Source of the DNA: Malacoraja senta
Lineage: Eukaryota
Length of the DNA stretch: 64,000 nt
Direction: 5' to 3'
Assembly: GCA_038087875.1 (NCBI GenBank)
Contig: JAXLNO010002682.1
Span: 186,001-250,000 of the forward strand
Notes under the pieces: generated by a model
The model's input: the letters and a program-made list of their open reading frames with translations, nothing else
What the model was told of the DNA's origin: nothing
Databases searched by the model: none
Made by a program: the position numbers and the translations under genes
Part shown: positions 49,847-60,825 of the stretch, in pieces
Position numbering within the stretch: the first letter of the stretch is position 1
How the letters are laid out: each line of letters starts with the position of its first letter

Positions 49847-50787
49847 CTTATTCCTGAAACTCTTTACCCAACATTACTGTGGAAACCTTAACCAGAAGGA
49901 CTTTAACCGTTCAAGGTGGGTGACTCGCCACCACCTACTCAATGATAACAAATAATGGCTTTGCCAATGACGCTCACATCCCAAAAAATTAATATATTTA
50001 AGAACAATATGATAACACCTTCAATGATGGTGAAATCCGATTTGCTGCCCACATTAACCTATGATATCTACTCTATGCAAACACCAAAGCACATTTTTAG
50101 GCATATATTTATTTTAAAAACGTTCACATCGCCTTATTAAATCTGTCAAAAACATCCCAATGTATTGTACTTCCAACAGATTTCTCCTAAATTTCAACCC
50201 CCCCCCCCAAGTTTCAAGTAAAATCCATTCTCCAGGTAAAATCCTCAGTGAAGTTTATGAGCTATGGTACAAGACAGATAGAAGCTGGACTGCAAAGTAA
50301 GAGAAACTCCCAAATTTTGTTTATGGATGAAGGTAGAATCTTTAATGTTCAGCCAAACTCATTCGGTATCTCCTTCAATACCACTTTGAAATGTTACCCT
50401 ATATTATATTCTCAATGTAACAGAACAATGTTCTCAATGGAACATGGGAATGTAATATAGGGAGAAGTTTTAGTTTCTCTATCTTTCATCATAATACATT
50501 GATCTGCAGAGCATAAAAGGGATGTTAGTACAGCCCTCATAACTTAAAGATGAGCAATTAATTTTGGACTTGCCTGCAACTGTCACAACCTGTATATCAA
50601 TAAAATAAGAACTGGCTGGTGTGGCTTGGAACCCTAATGATCAGGAAAGTCCAGAATTTTATTTGGTCAAAGAAATGGGAGGGATGGGAAAACATCCTGG
50701 GGAAATGATTGAAAAGCAACTGGAACATTTATTAAACCAGAGAATAACTGGATTGTGCTGTGGCAAGCATTAAGTAGGTCTCTGTAC

Positions 50788-50946
50788 CTGTAGGAAGTGC
50801 TCTTTGTCACATAATCTATCTTTCAGACACATGATGTTCTCCTCTTGGACGTGGACTTCACGTTGATGCTCTCTGTCCAAGGCTTGGTAGAGCTGCTCCT
50901 TTTCTAGCTGCTCCTGTCGTACCTGTCGCAGTGCGCTACGCAGCTC
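50788..50946 (-). CDS. PDE4DIP: PDE4DIP coding exon (ELRSALRQV...KEHFLQ), 159 nt
   Basis: ttttag|GAG ... CAG|GTACAG, phase 0-0, open frame. Confidence 0.88.
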
Positions 50947-51578
50947 CTAAAATAAACAGTAAATAGCCTAGGTTAACAGAAACAAAATGAGTTGCTGCAT
51001 CAGCTGCCCATCAAACAAGCTGTGCAATGCATCTTATTTAATATGCTGCAGGACAACTAACTTTACCGTATTGTAAAATACACAGCAGACCATCTGCATC
51101 AGCAACAATTTTTAATGAACTAATGCAGGACGTTGGTGAGACTTGACGATACAGTCTGTCAATAACAGAGTTTTCCCACCAAGCACCTAACTTCAAACCC
51201 AGCCATGTGAAAGCTTTTGTTGTTTACTTCAGACAGTCCAAATATTAGTTGCCACCAGAACTTGGCAGAAACATGCGACCTCAGTCTGGCAGCCTGAGGT
51301 TTTCATGCAGTCGATGGAAAAGGTTACAGAGTGAACAACATACTTTTATACTGAGTTGCAGATAAGGCAGAATAGACTGTTTCCTAAGGCTAGTCTATGT
51401 GTTGCAATTTCTGCTCCAGTGATGCCACCAGTCCAAAATATAGACATGCCACAACTTAGTGAAAAGCAAAATAAAACCAAACTGGACAAAAAAAATGTGA
51501 TTACGTTACATGCCGGGAAAATGCACCCTTAGGAAAAATAAAACAAGATGTCATTAAAATAAAACAGCCCACACTCAC

Positions 51579-51797
51579 TTGATTATGTTTGACGGTCGAC
51601 TCCTCTTGCTGCTGCATTTCTTGCAGATCGGTCTCCATCAGCTCTTTCCTCCGTCTGACTTCAGCCAACTCATACTCCTTCTGGCGTATTAGCCTTATGT
51701 TTCGCTGTAGTTCCAACTGATTGGAAAAGGAGGTACTCTGAAGTTGCAGCAGCTCAACCTGTTGTGCGTGAGATGATGTCAACTGTCCATCAGCCCT
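51579..51797 (-). CDS. PDE4DIP: PDE4DIP coding exon (RADGQL...VKHNQ), 219 nt
   Basis: Lies within ORF 51501..51944; tgtcag|AGG ... CAA|GTGAGT, phase 0-0. Confidence 0.88.
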
Positions 51798-52756
51798 CTG
51801 ACATGATGAACAAAACTGTAATCCAGAGGAAACATGAGGGTATGTGCAGGAAATTAGAATGAGGAATTGAGAACATACACAAACAACAATGTATTTTACA
51901 TCATTTGCATTAATAGGATTTTTATTTACATTATTATTTTTCATTTCAAAAACAGTGTAAACATTTCACTTCCTGAATTTATTTCCTCCACCATCAGATC
52001 AAAGTCATCAGACACTTAGCTACGTATCAACCTCTTTTTCCATCAGCCTAGCCGTTCTGATAGTGGCTTTTTTCAATCCAGTCACATCTCAAAGAAATAA
52101 TTAAAGGAATTTTGCACCATTGGAAGCTCCTTTGTGGAGATGAGGTATGAAACCGTTCTGTTTTCCTCTCACTCTCCGTAGAAGAACAGGTGGTCTCATT
52201 GTCCCAGACAGCATTTATATCCGAGCTGCTTTATTATTTTAAAGCGAAATCTCCAACAATTCTCTCGAAACTTGACCCTGTCCATGATAAACCAGCTCAC
52301 TTGATTGGTAAACACTCGTTCACTTTGCCACTGATGCAGAGCGGCTGCCGTTTTCACTCTCTACAACATGTCCAGCAGTTACTTCCTCAGCTACTGAGAC
52401 AACACTCCCAAATCCATGACCTCAAGCACCAAAAATAATGGCTACCCGCACAGGTGAACACCACCACCTGCATTCTCCACTACGTTGGATACCAATCATT
52501 CGTCATTAATGGGTCTAAATCCTGGAACTCACTGATAAATGAAATTCAAAAAACTGCAGATGCTGGAATTCTGAAATAAAAAGCAGAAAATGGTTGAAAA
52601 CAATCAGAAGGTCAGCATTGTTATGGACAAGTTGGAAACTGAGTCAAGGAGGCAGGAAGGAAGCTTATGGAATAGCATCTCACTGTCATCTAAGCACATT
52701 GCAGCTTTCAAATTATAGGTAGTTCTGCTACAACAGGATAATTACTTTCCTAAGAA

Positions 52757-53104
52757 ACCGACAGATGGCGCAATGAGCTAAGTGTTCGGCTGGCAACCGG
52801 AAGGTAGCCGGTTCGAATCCCGCTTGGAGTGCATACTGTCGTTGTGTCCTTGGGCAAGACACTTCACCCACCTTTGCCTGCGTGTGAATGTGTGTGAATG
52901 TGTGTGAGTGATTGGTGGTGGTCGGAGGGGCCGTAGGCGCAGATTAGCAGCCACGCTTCCGTCAGTCTGCCCCAGGGCAGCTGTGGCTACAGAAGTAGCT
53001 CACCACCACCGAGTGTGACTGAGGAGTGAATGAATAATGCGATGTAAAGCGCCTTGAGTATTAGAAAGGTGCTATATAAATCCCATCCATTATTATTATT
53101 ATTA
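52757..53104 (+). mobile_element. tRNA-derived CORE/AFC-like SINE with L2-type tail
   Basis: A box tggcgcaatg, B box ggttcgaatccc, CORE-like gtgtccttgggcaagacact, tail tgtaaagcgccttgag...gctatataaat plus (att)n. Confidence 0.8.
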
Positions 53105-54190
53105 ATGTCATAGAAAGTCAAGTTATAGCAGAACAGCCTGCAGATGCCTTCAAAGCACAGATTTAAATAGTTTTTCCCAATTTCATTACACCAATGTGGT
53201 CTGCATAATATAAAGTGTTCCCCACTCAATCAATAGTTTTATAACCAATTCGCATTATAGAAATATGTTATGGTGGAATTAGATGTAACTCATTTTCTCT
53301 AGTTGGATTAAAAGCAATAATTTAATCTACAAAGTCATGCATTTACAATACAAGCTCACTTTTTCCCCTTTCAATCAGCAGAGCTCAACCTGCTGAGTAA
53401 AGTCCAGAGCACTGCATTTTGTAATGTTAATGTTTATTTGTGCTCTCTAACTAGTCTTTCAGAGCCTGTGCATTCATTTGTTCATACTCCAAATGCTCTC
53501 ATCAACCTACTAACTGGACACCTTATCCCCACAGCAATCATGGTTTGACCCAATGATATTCCTCGTATCCTATCCATTTGTCCCTAAGACTCTCTGCAAC
53601 TTAAAACTAACTTGTCTTCTCTCTTTCCCAGTTCTGACAAAAGGTCTTTGACTTCAAACATTATGTTTCTCATTCCACTGACGGCATTGAATGTTCCCAT
53701 CATCTTCTGCTTTTATTGATGAAACTGTCTTCTCAGCTGCACAGTGGGAATACCTTCACCAGACGCACTGCAGTTGTTTAAGAAGAAACCTCACTGCCCT
53801 CTTCCAAAAAAAAGGGTGGGCAAAAAATGCTGATCTTGCCATCAATATCCAGCTACCCCAAAATGAATATATTAAAAAAACAACCTTCCATAATAATATA
53901 ATAAATTTAACAATCTATGCAGAGATCCAGGGAATGACTGTCAAGAAGGATCAAAATGCAGTTATCAAGAATGAGAACTCTGGCAATGCCGTTTCCCTCC
54001 TTAGACAAGGAAGCAATTGTGCTGCACATTAGGATAAAGGGAAGCAAGCTTTAGCCAAGATAATCAAATTTTAAACAAATTGGGGAGTTTAAGGGCATAA
54101 GTAGGAACATGAATAAAAAAAAATAAACATTTGCAGTACGATATATAATTCAATGCTGTTATTTATATTATAATTTTACTTGCAGTTTAC

Positions 54191-54283
54191 CTTCAGATTT
54201 TCAAGTTGATTTCTGTAAATCATCTCCGTTAGCTTGGCTTCCGTTTCATTCTGACCATCAACCACATGATAAAGCTCTTGGAT
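54191..54283 (-). CDS. PDE4DIP: PDE4DIP coding exon (IQELYHVVDGQNET...LENLK), 93 nt
   Basis: tctctag|ATC ... AAG|GTAAAC, phase 0-0; resembles human ELYQVIEGQNDT. Confidence 0.9.
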
Positions 54284-54748
54284 CTAGAGAGTGAAAGAGT
54301 GGAATATGCCACCAATAAAAAGATCCACATGGCACAGGCTCTTATTGAAAGCCCTTAACTTTCACTGATTGCTGCTTCTGGTGTTAGAGCACAGAAGTGA
54401 TTTGCCCACGAAGAGGCAAAGTTAGAAAATCTTCCCAATACATCTTTAATTTTGCTTATGCTCCCCCCCCCCTCCCCCACCCACATTTGGAAACAATTGC
54501 TCTTCCTATTCATTTTTTCCCCCAGGATTTATTCAGAGGTATTACATTAACGGTTCAGTATGAGGTATCAATGCTGGATGGATGGAGGGATTGGTGAACC
54601 AGCTTGAAAAATAGTCATATTAAGGTTCTGATCCAGTATGCTCAGGGTGAACAAGACTGCATTAGGATCTGTTTTTTTTTACATAATTACACAATTCCGA
54701 GAAAGGGCTAAATGGATACTAATAGAGGAATTTTGATACAGCAACACA

Positions 54749-55049
54749 GCCGCGCGGTGATGCAACAATAGAGTTGCTACCTTAGTGCCAGAGACCCAGG
54801 TTTAATCCTGACTATAAGTGCTCTGTACGGTGTTTCTACATTTTCCCCGTGACCTGTGTGGATTTTCTCTGAGATATCCGGTTTCCTCCTGCACTCCATA
54901 GACGTACAGGTTTGTAGGTTAATTGGCTTGGTAAAATCGTAAATTGTCCCTAGTGTGTGTAGGATAGTGTTAGTGTGCAGGGATCGCTGGTCTGCACGAA
55001 CTCGGTGGGCCGAAGGACCTGGTTCCACGCTGTATCTCTAAACTAAACA
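54749..55049 (+). mobile_element. V-SINE, full length
   Basis: Same head, V-domain and tail as 2447-2760. Confidence 0.85.
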
Positions 55050-55304
55050 CGTAATAACCGTGCCACTGACCAGAGGACAAAGAATGAAAATAATTGGCGA
55101 GGAATTATACCCTCCTCACCAGAAAAGAGGGAAATTACAATCTGCAACCAACTGCAACAGGATGGTCAAAGCAGATTCTATTTGAAATTTTCAAAGAACA
55201 TTTTATATACAATTGAACCTGATTAATTTTCAATCTCCATAACTTTGCAGGATTCTTCCAGTTGGTTCAGTGGATGATGTTTTTCCACCTGTGGCTATAT
55301 TTAC

Positions 55305-55424
55305 CTCCTTGTCTTTGTTTTTCAATGCCTCGCTCAGCCCCAGCTGGTCACGTTCTTGCTTCTGTGACTTACTGTGCATTGCCTTCAGTTCACTTTCCAT
55401 TTCATTTAGATTCTCCTGCAGCAT
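55305..55424 (-). CDS. PDE4DIP: PDE4DIP coding exon (MLQENLNEM...KNKDKE), 120 nt
   Basis: tcccag|ATG ... GAG|GTAAAT, phase 0-0; resembles human ILQEKLNEM. Confidence 0.9.
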
Positions 55425-55817
55425 CTGGGAAAATGAAGCAATGAGAAATAAACAGCACGCCAATGTACACCATTTAATTGTATAATTACCTGCACTGCAT
55501 TGGTTATTTTTACTCTTCACAGGAACAGGATATACCAATAACCTCCTTATCCCCAATTAATAGGAAATTTGGCAGTGGATTTTATAAAGTGAAACAATGA
55601 ACCCTTAATAGTTTTTAATTTAGATCAAGAATTCAAGATTATATGGATGTCCTTTGCTCACTTATACCATCCGACTTTAGTTGTAGTTTAATCTTTTGTT
55701 TGCCTAACTCTTAAAGAAAGAGTTAACAGAATATTCAATTTTCAACAGAGATGATAAAATTGTGATACACCACATGGATCATAAATCTACCAGTCATTTG
55801 GTAGTTGATGTAATTTG

Positions 55818-56133
55818 TAAGTAAGTAAGTAAATTTATTGGCCAAGTATTCACTTACAAGGAATTTGCTTTGGTGCTCCGCCCACAACTAACAACATGAC
55901 ATACAGTGACAGTTACGAATGAGTCAGAAAACACTAAACATTAATAATAATAAAACATTCATGATAAAACAACATTGATCAAGCATGTGAACCAACAGAA
56001 TACCAGATCAAAGGGAGGCTACAGATTTTTGGCTGTTGAGTAGAGCAACTACTCGTGAATAAAAACAGTTTTTATGTCTGGCTGTGGCAGTTTTGACAGT
56101 CCGGAGTCGCCTACCAGAGGGAAGTGATTCAAA
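55818..56133 (-). mobile_element. 3' end of a second Rex1/Babar-like family
   Basis: Minus strand reads FESLPSGRRLRTVKTATARHKNCFY..., AATAAA and a (TTAC)n tail. Confidence 0.75.
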
Positions 56134-56396
56134 GACCCTGATTACAGAGGTTAACTGATTGGCACCTGATTAAAGAGGTTAACACATAACATGCTTGCAG
56201 GTTATACTGGAAAATATAGTTTCAGGACAGATTATAATGATAAACCAACGCCAAATAATAATAACAGCTTACATGTTGTCTCACAAGTTTTCCCTTCAAA
56301 ATCAGTAGCAACAGCAGAACTGGTCAATGAACAATTTGCATCTGCATGCCATTCATACCACAAACATCCACTACTCCTCATAATATGCCATCTCAC

Positions 56397-56534
56397 CTTG
56401 TTAGCAGATTCCAAATCTTGAATTCTCTCCTGCAACCCATGCACTTGGACCTGGGCTTTCCGTAACTCGTCGACACACTGACCAGCCGCTGACTCATACT
56501 GGTTCAATTGCTGCTGCTGTTCCCCAATTAGATT
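56397..56534 (-). CDS. PDE4DIP: PDE4DIP coding exon (NLIGEQQQQ...DLESANK), 138 nt
   Basis: Acceptor tttccag|AAT, donor AAG|GTGAGA, phase 0-0; coiled-coil. Confidence 0.9.
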
Positions 56535-57195
56535 CTGGAAATTAAATGATCAAACCTGTAATTGGTTAAATACTTCAACACTATGACAAAGCAATGCAAT
56601 CCGTTCAGTCGGCCTGTTCAGTGCAAAGCTCCATTTGGTAATAAACAATTTCATTATTTCTCAAGATCCACCTTGGCTGTCTAGAATAAAAACAAAATCA
56701 GGGAATTCAAAGAAAACTCAATATATACAAGTAAAATAAATCTGCGTTGAAAACGCAAACTTGGATCCAACTGTCTAGCTGTTATCCCAGTTTGGATATC
56801 AGTAGAGTATGATTTATTTAAAATGTAGTGAAGGAAAAGAGAAAACTTGGGTATTTCAATCTAGCACAAAAATGTGGTATGTTACAGACTATATTTAAAG
56901 ATGCAGGAAAACACAATTCAGCATGGGTAGAAATCAGCCTAAATGGTTCAGTGTCATGTGAGGATCCATTTATCCAATGATAAATAAGCATGAACACATA
57001 TGAAGTGTTTTGGAATACAATCTCATTTAAGTTAAAAAACATTGTGTTGCTTTTCTCATTACTCTGTTAGCAAGTAAATAAGGGCTGCAAGCCAAATGAC
57101 TGATCTAATTAAATATAAAAGTTATCAGCAATATTTTTAGCTATAAACCCAAAATATCCCCACAGCTGGCATATAGCAGTGTAGCTATATTACTT

Positions 57196-57269
57196 GATCA
57201 TATTGAATGGCAGTGCAGGCTCGAAGGGCCGAATGGCCTACTCCTGCACCTATTTTCTATGTTTCTATG
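57196..57269 (+). mobile_element. CR1 extreme 3' end
   Basis: ggctcgaagggccgaatggcctactcctgcacctattttctatgtttctatg. Confidence 0.8.
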
Positions 57270-57423
57270 AAATGGAATGAGCAGAATAGTACATGTACAC
57301 CAGCTGACCCGTTTTACATTGCCACACCCTACCTCCAACAGACTAGCCATATGAACACTGTATGATGGCATGGGTATATAGGGGGGAAAAAATAGATCTG
57401 AGTGTTCAGCAGGTGAGAACTTT

Positions 57424-57720
57424 ACTTTGGAGTTTAAAGAGTGCAGAAACAGACCCTTTGGCCCACCGAGTCTGCGCCGACCGGCGATCACCCGTACAAT
57501 AACACTATCCTACACACTAGGACTCATTTACAATTTTTACCAAAGCCAATTAACCTACAAATCTGTACGTCTTTGGAGCGTGGAAGGAAACCAGAGCACC
57601 TGAAGAAACCCCACAAGGTTACAGGGAGAACGTACAAACTCCGTACAGAGAGCACCCGTAGTCAGGATCGAACCCAGGTCTCTGGCGCTGTAAGGCAGCA
57701 AGTCTACCGCTGCGCTACTG
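57424..57720 (-). mobile_element. V-SINE, full length
   Basis: Same family as above. Confidence 0.85.
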
Positions 57721-58107
57721 GGCAACCCTATATCCATAGTAAATGTAAACGGTCTTTACAGTTTACCGCTGCATGATGGAAAGGTCCCAAGTTTGTGAAT
57801 ATTAGTCTATTTTCAATCAAGCAATCTTGTATTTTCTCTCTTCTTGCACACAAAAGGGCAAGCAAAGAAATGGACCCTGACAAAGGTAAAACTGTTAAAA
57901 GCCCTAGTTATTGCTGTCCTCTTGCCATTTTTCATGCCAGCATGATCACAACGTGCAATTCAGTCATATAATGGAAACAACAGGTTAAGATTGAGAATTT
58001 GACTTTGAAATTGAATAATGGCAGTTGTAATAATTTAGTTTCAAAAATCTCACTGAACCAGCCATAGTACATTTTAATAACAAAATCTATTCCAATAGAA
58101 GTATTGT

Positions 58108-58234
58108 GTAGGACGGAACTGCAGATGCTGGTTTAAACCGAAGATAGACACAAAATGCTGGAGTAATTCAGCGGACAGGCAGCATCTCTGGATAAAAGGA
58201 ATGGGTGACATTCGGGTCGAGACCCTTCTTCAGA
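58108..58234 (-). mobile_element. Solo Penelope terminal unit (hammerhead core damaged)
   Basis: 15-bp TSD caatagaagtattgt / caatagacgtattgt at 58093-58107 and 58235-58249. Confidence 0.8.
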
Positions 58235-59715
58235 CAATAGACGTATTGTTTATATTACAGCAATTGTAACACAGGTTTGATTGAAAGAACTGCAATTTAG
58301 AAGAGCAGAAAATACCCAAAAGATGCACCGAAAGATGATAATTTGAGTCTCTATGTACAAAACTTCTTGTCAGCATCTTTCAGTTACAGGAAAGTTTGCG
58401 CATTTATATTTTTTCCCCACAAGTGTTTTTCTTTCACCTCCCCTCATTATAATCAGTTAATCCACAGCTATTCAGTGCTGATTGAACCAGCAGGATCGGC
58501 ATATAGAGGGGATTCCCATCTCCTCTGAATAACAATTGACCAAAAAGAGAAATGATAAAAGACAAAAATATCAGTGCACAAATTTCAAAAGATCATATGC
58601 GTCGTGAAATTCGTACAATTGATCTCTTCAACCTGGGGACAGCTATGTCACTACAAACTCCCACACTAGGTGTTGTGCCCTCCAATAAACAGACATGTCT
58701 GTAAAATAGGTCAGCAGTAGGTTACTGAAACTAGATTATGTTATTCAATCTGAAAGAGCGCATAAACTGGCTGTAATTTATCACAAACAGCAAGTGCTTT
58801 CCAATAGCTATGAAGACCCCTCTAACAAACATTGGAGACAGGCACCATTCAATTGTGCAAGGGCAATTAAAGCAGCTTTGCTTATTGTTGCTTCTGTTTC
58901 TCATTTTAGAAATGGCTGGAAAAACTCAGCAAGTCAACATTCTGAAAAAAAGGTTTGCTTGATGATTCGGCTTGATAGTACTGGCTGCTGGTGTCTTGAA
59001 TTATGATTCTCCAGAGTTTTGATCTTTGATGTGCCTCGTTCACTTTTTCCAATAGCAAGGATAACACAAAAGCAGAAAATGCTGGAAAAACACAACATTT
59101 CAGGCATGCCCACACATCACATCACGATGAATTAGACTTTGCCTAACGTTGATTCTTGGGTTCTAATCAAAGCCTATCATCAGGAAATATGAAATGAGTT
59201 TGGGGCATCTCAATCCATTTCCAAGAGGGCAAGAGTCTCCAGTAGAAGATTGGCACTGATATGCAAAAAGGGACTGATATGGGATGTTGTACTTTGCTGC
59301 ATGGAGACAGCAGTTTGTAAGAGGCCAGAATTTTAGCAGCCATGCAGTTGCATTCCATGAACTTCACAACTTTGTTCGGAAAGCCAGCCCGCTAATACGT
59401 CCGACACTACTTGCTGCATCCCCACTCCAGTGTATAAAAATAAAAAGCCCTGTGGTGATAGTTAAACTCTTCCATTCTCCAGTACTAACATGACCCAAGT
59501 ACAATATTATTTGTCAGAATGGATACTGATCAATTATATATATTTAAAAATAATGTGCCGAGTCCTTGGGAATAAAACAGGATGCAGGACACTTAATTTA
59601 CTCCACATCCCACATTTATTCCCCTATTCTTCGATCTGACATTCTTCTACATTAAATCTGAGCATACGAAGGAAGATTACAATGCAACCAAGTAAAAGCA
59701 TTGAAGGGATTCTTA

Positions 59716-60461
59716 TGGGCCTGTCTCACTTAGGCGACTGCAGTCGCCACATGTTTGCGGGTGGTTGCCGGGGAGTCGCCTTCATGGTCGTGAGGAGTTC
59801 CCACATTCTGGGAACTAGTCGGGGCCTCATTATGGTCGCCAAGAATTTTTAAACACGTTGAAAAATTAGCGGCGACTGGAATGAAGCCACTATGGAGAGT
59901 AGCGAGAATTTTCGAGCCGTAGGTGGGTCGCAAGGACATCCTAGTGGGTTGCCAGGAGGTCGAAGGTTCTCTTAGGTTCTCGTAGACTGTAGCCGGTGCT
60001 GACGGGTGAATTTCATTGGCTCATTGGGGAAAATAAAACATAAGCAGCAGTTTTCAGAACCAAGGATAACCGACCGGTAATGTTAAATGTCCGCCGACCT
60101 TCACAGCCATGTATCTCTGGCTTCTTAAATGTTGTCTGGCTTCTTAACAGTTGTCTCCACTCCTACTCCCCCCCCCCCCTTTTTAAAGGACTTACCGTAC
60201 ACTGTGCTAGCCGTCTTAATTACAGCGCCAACCTTCCTGATCATCGCGGTGTGTGTCTGTATCACCTTGGCTTTGCACCGTGTGAATTTCAGCCAGCGCT
60301 CCCCCCGCTTGCCCTGGCCCCCGCCTTTGCGATGTGTTTGCGCGAGTGTGTGTGTTCCACTCTGACAGTCGCCGTTCCAGTTGCCGGTTTTTCAGGCGAC
60401 TGCCGGCAACTTGACAGTCGCCGGCAGCCGCCTGAAAAATCGCCTAAGTGGGACAGGCCCA
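59716..60461. mobile_element. Non-autonomous DNA transposon with the same termini (Harbinger-like)
   Basis: TTA|TGGGCCTGTCTCACTTAGGCGA...TCGCCTAAGTGGGACAGGCCCA|TTA; 3-bp TTA duplication. Confidence 0.85.
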
Positions 60462-60825
60462 TTAGAATACTTAAACTTGCCTAGACAGTGCCATCCATTT
60501 ATCTGTGTGGATTAGTATCTTTCACTGGATCTTATGAATATGGAACAAGCTTTTATTTATAATACAGCACAGAAGCATCATGTCATGAAACACTCACTAT
60601 TTCACTCTGAATTGTTTATGTGCATCTATTTAAATTGAAGTGGAAAAATAATGTGCAGGGGGGCTTAGGGGACAGTTGAAAAGAAATACCACATGGCAAT
60701 TTAAAAATGTTACCCATGGATTTGTCTGGAAACACAAGCTTATTTTGACTCCTGCAAAATAGTTTAGAGGTGCCCGGAGACAACTGGAAAAAATAAGACA
60801 TCCTAAACAGTCATTATTCAAGTAC

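Noticed and set aside
52762-52830. tRNA-like A/B boxes
   Set aside because: This is a SINE head without a complete cloverleaf; the same applies to the V-SINE heads.
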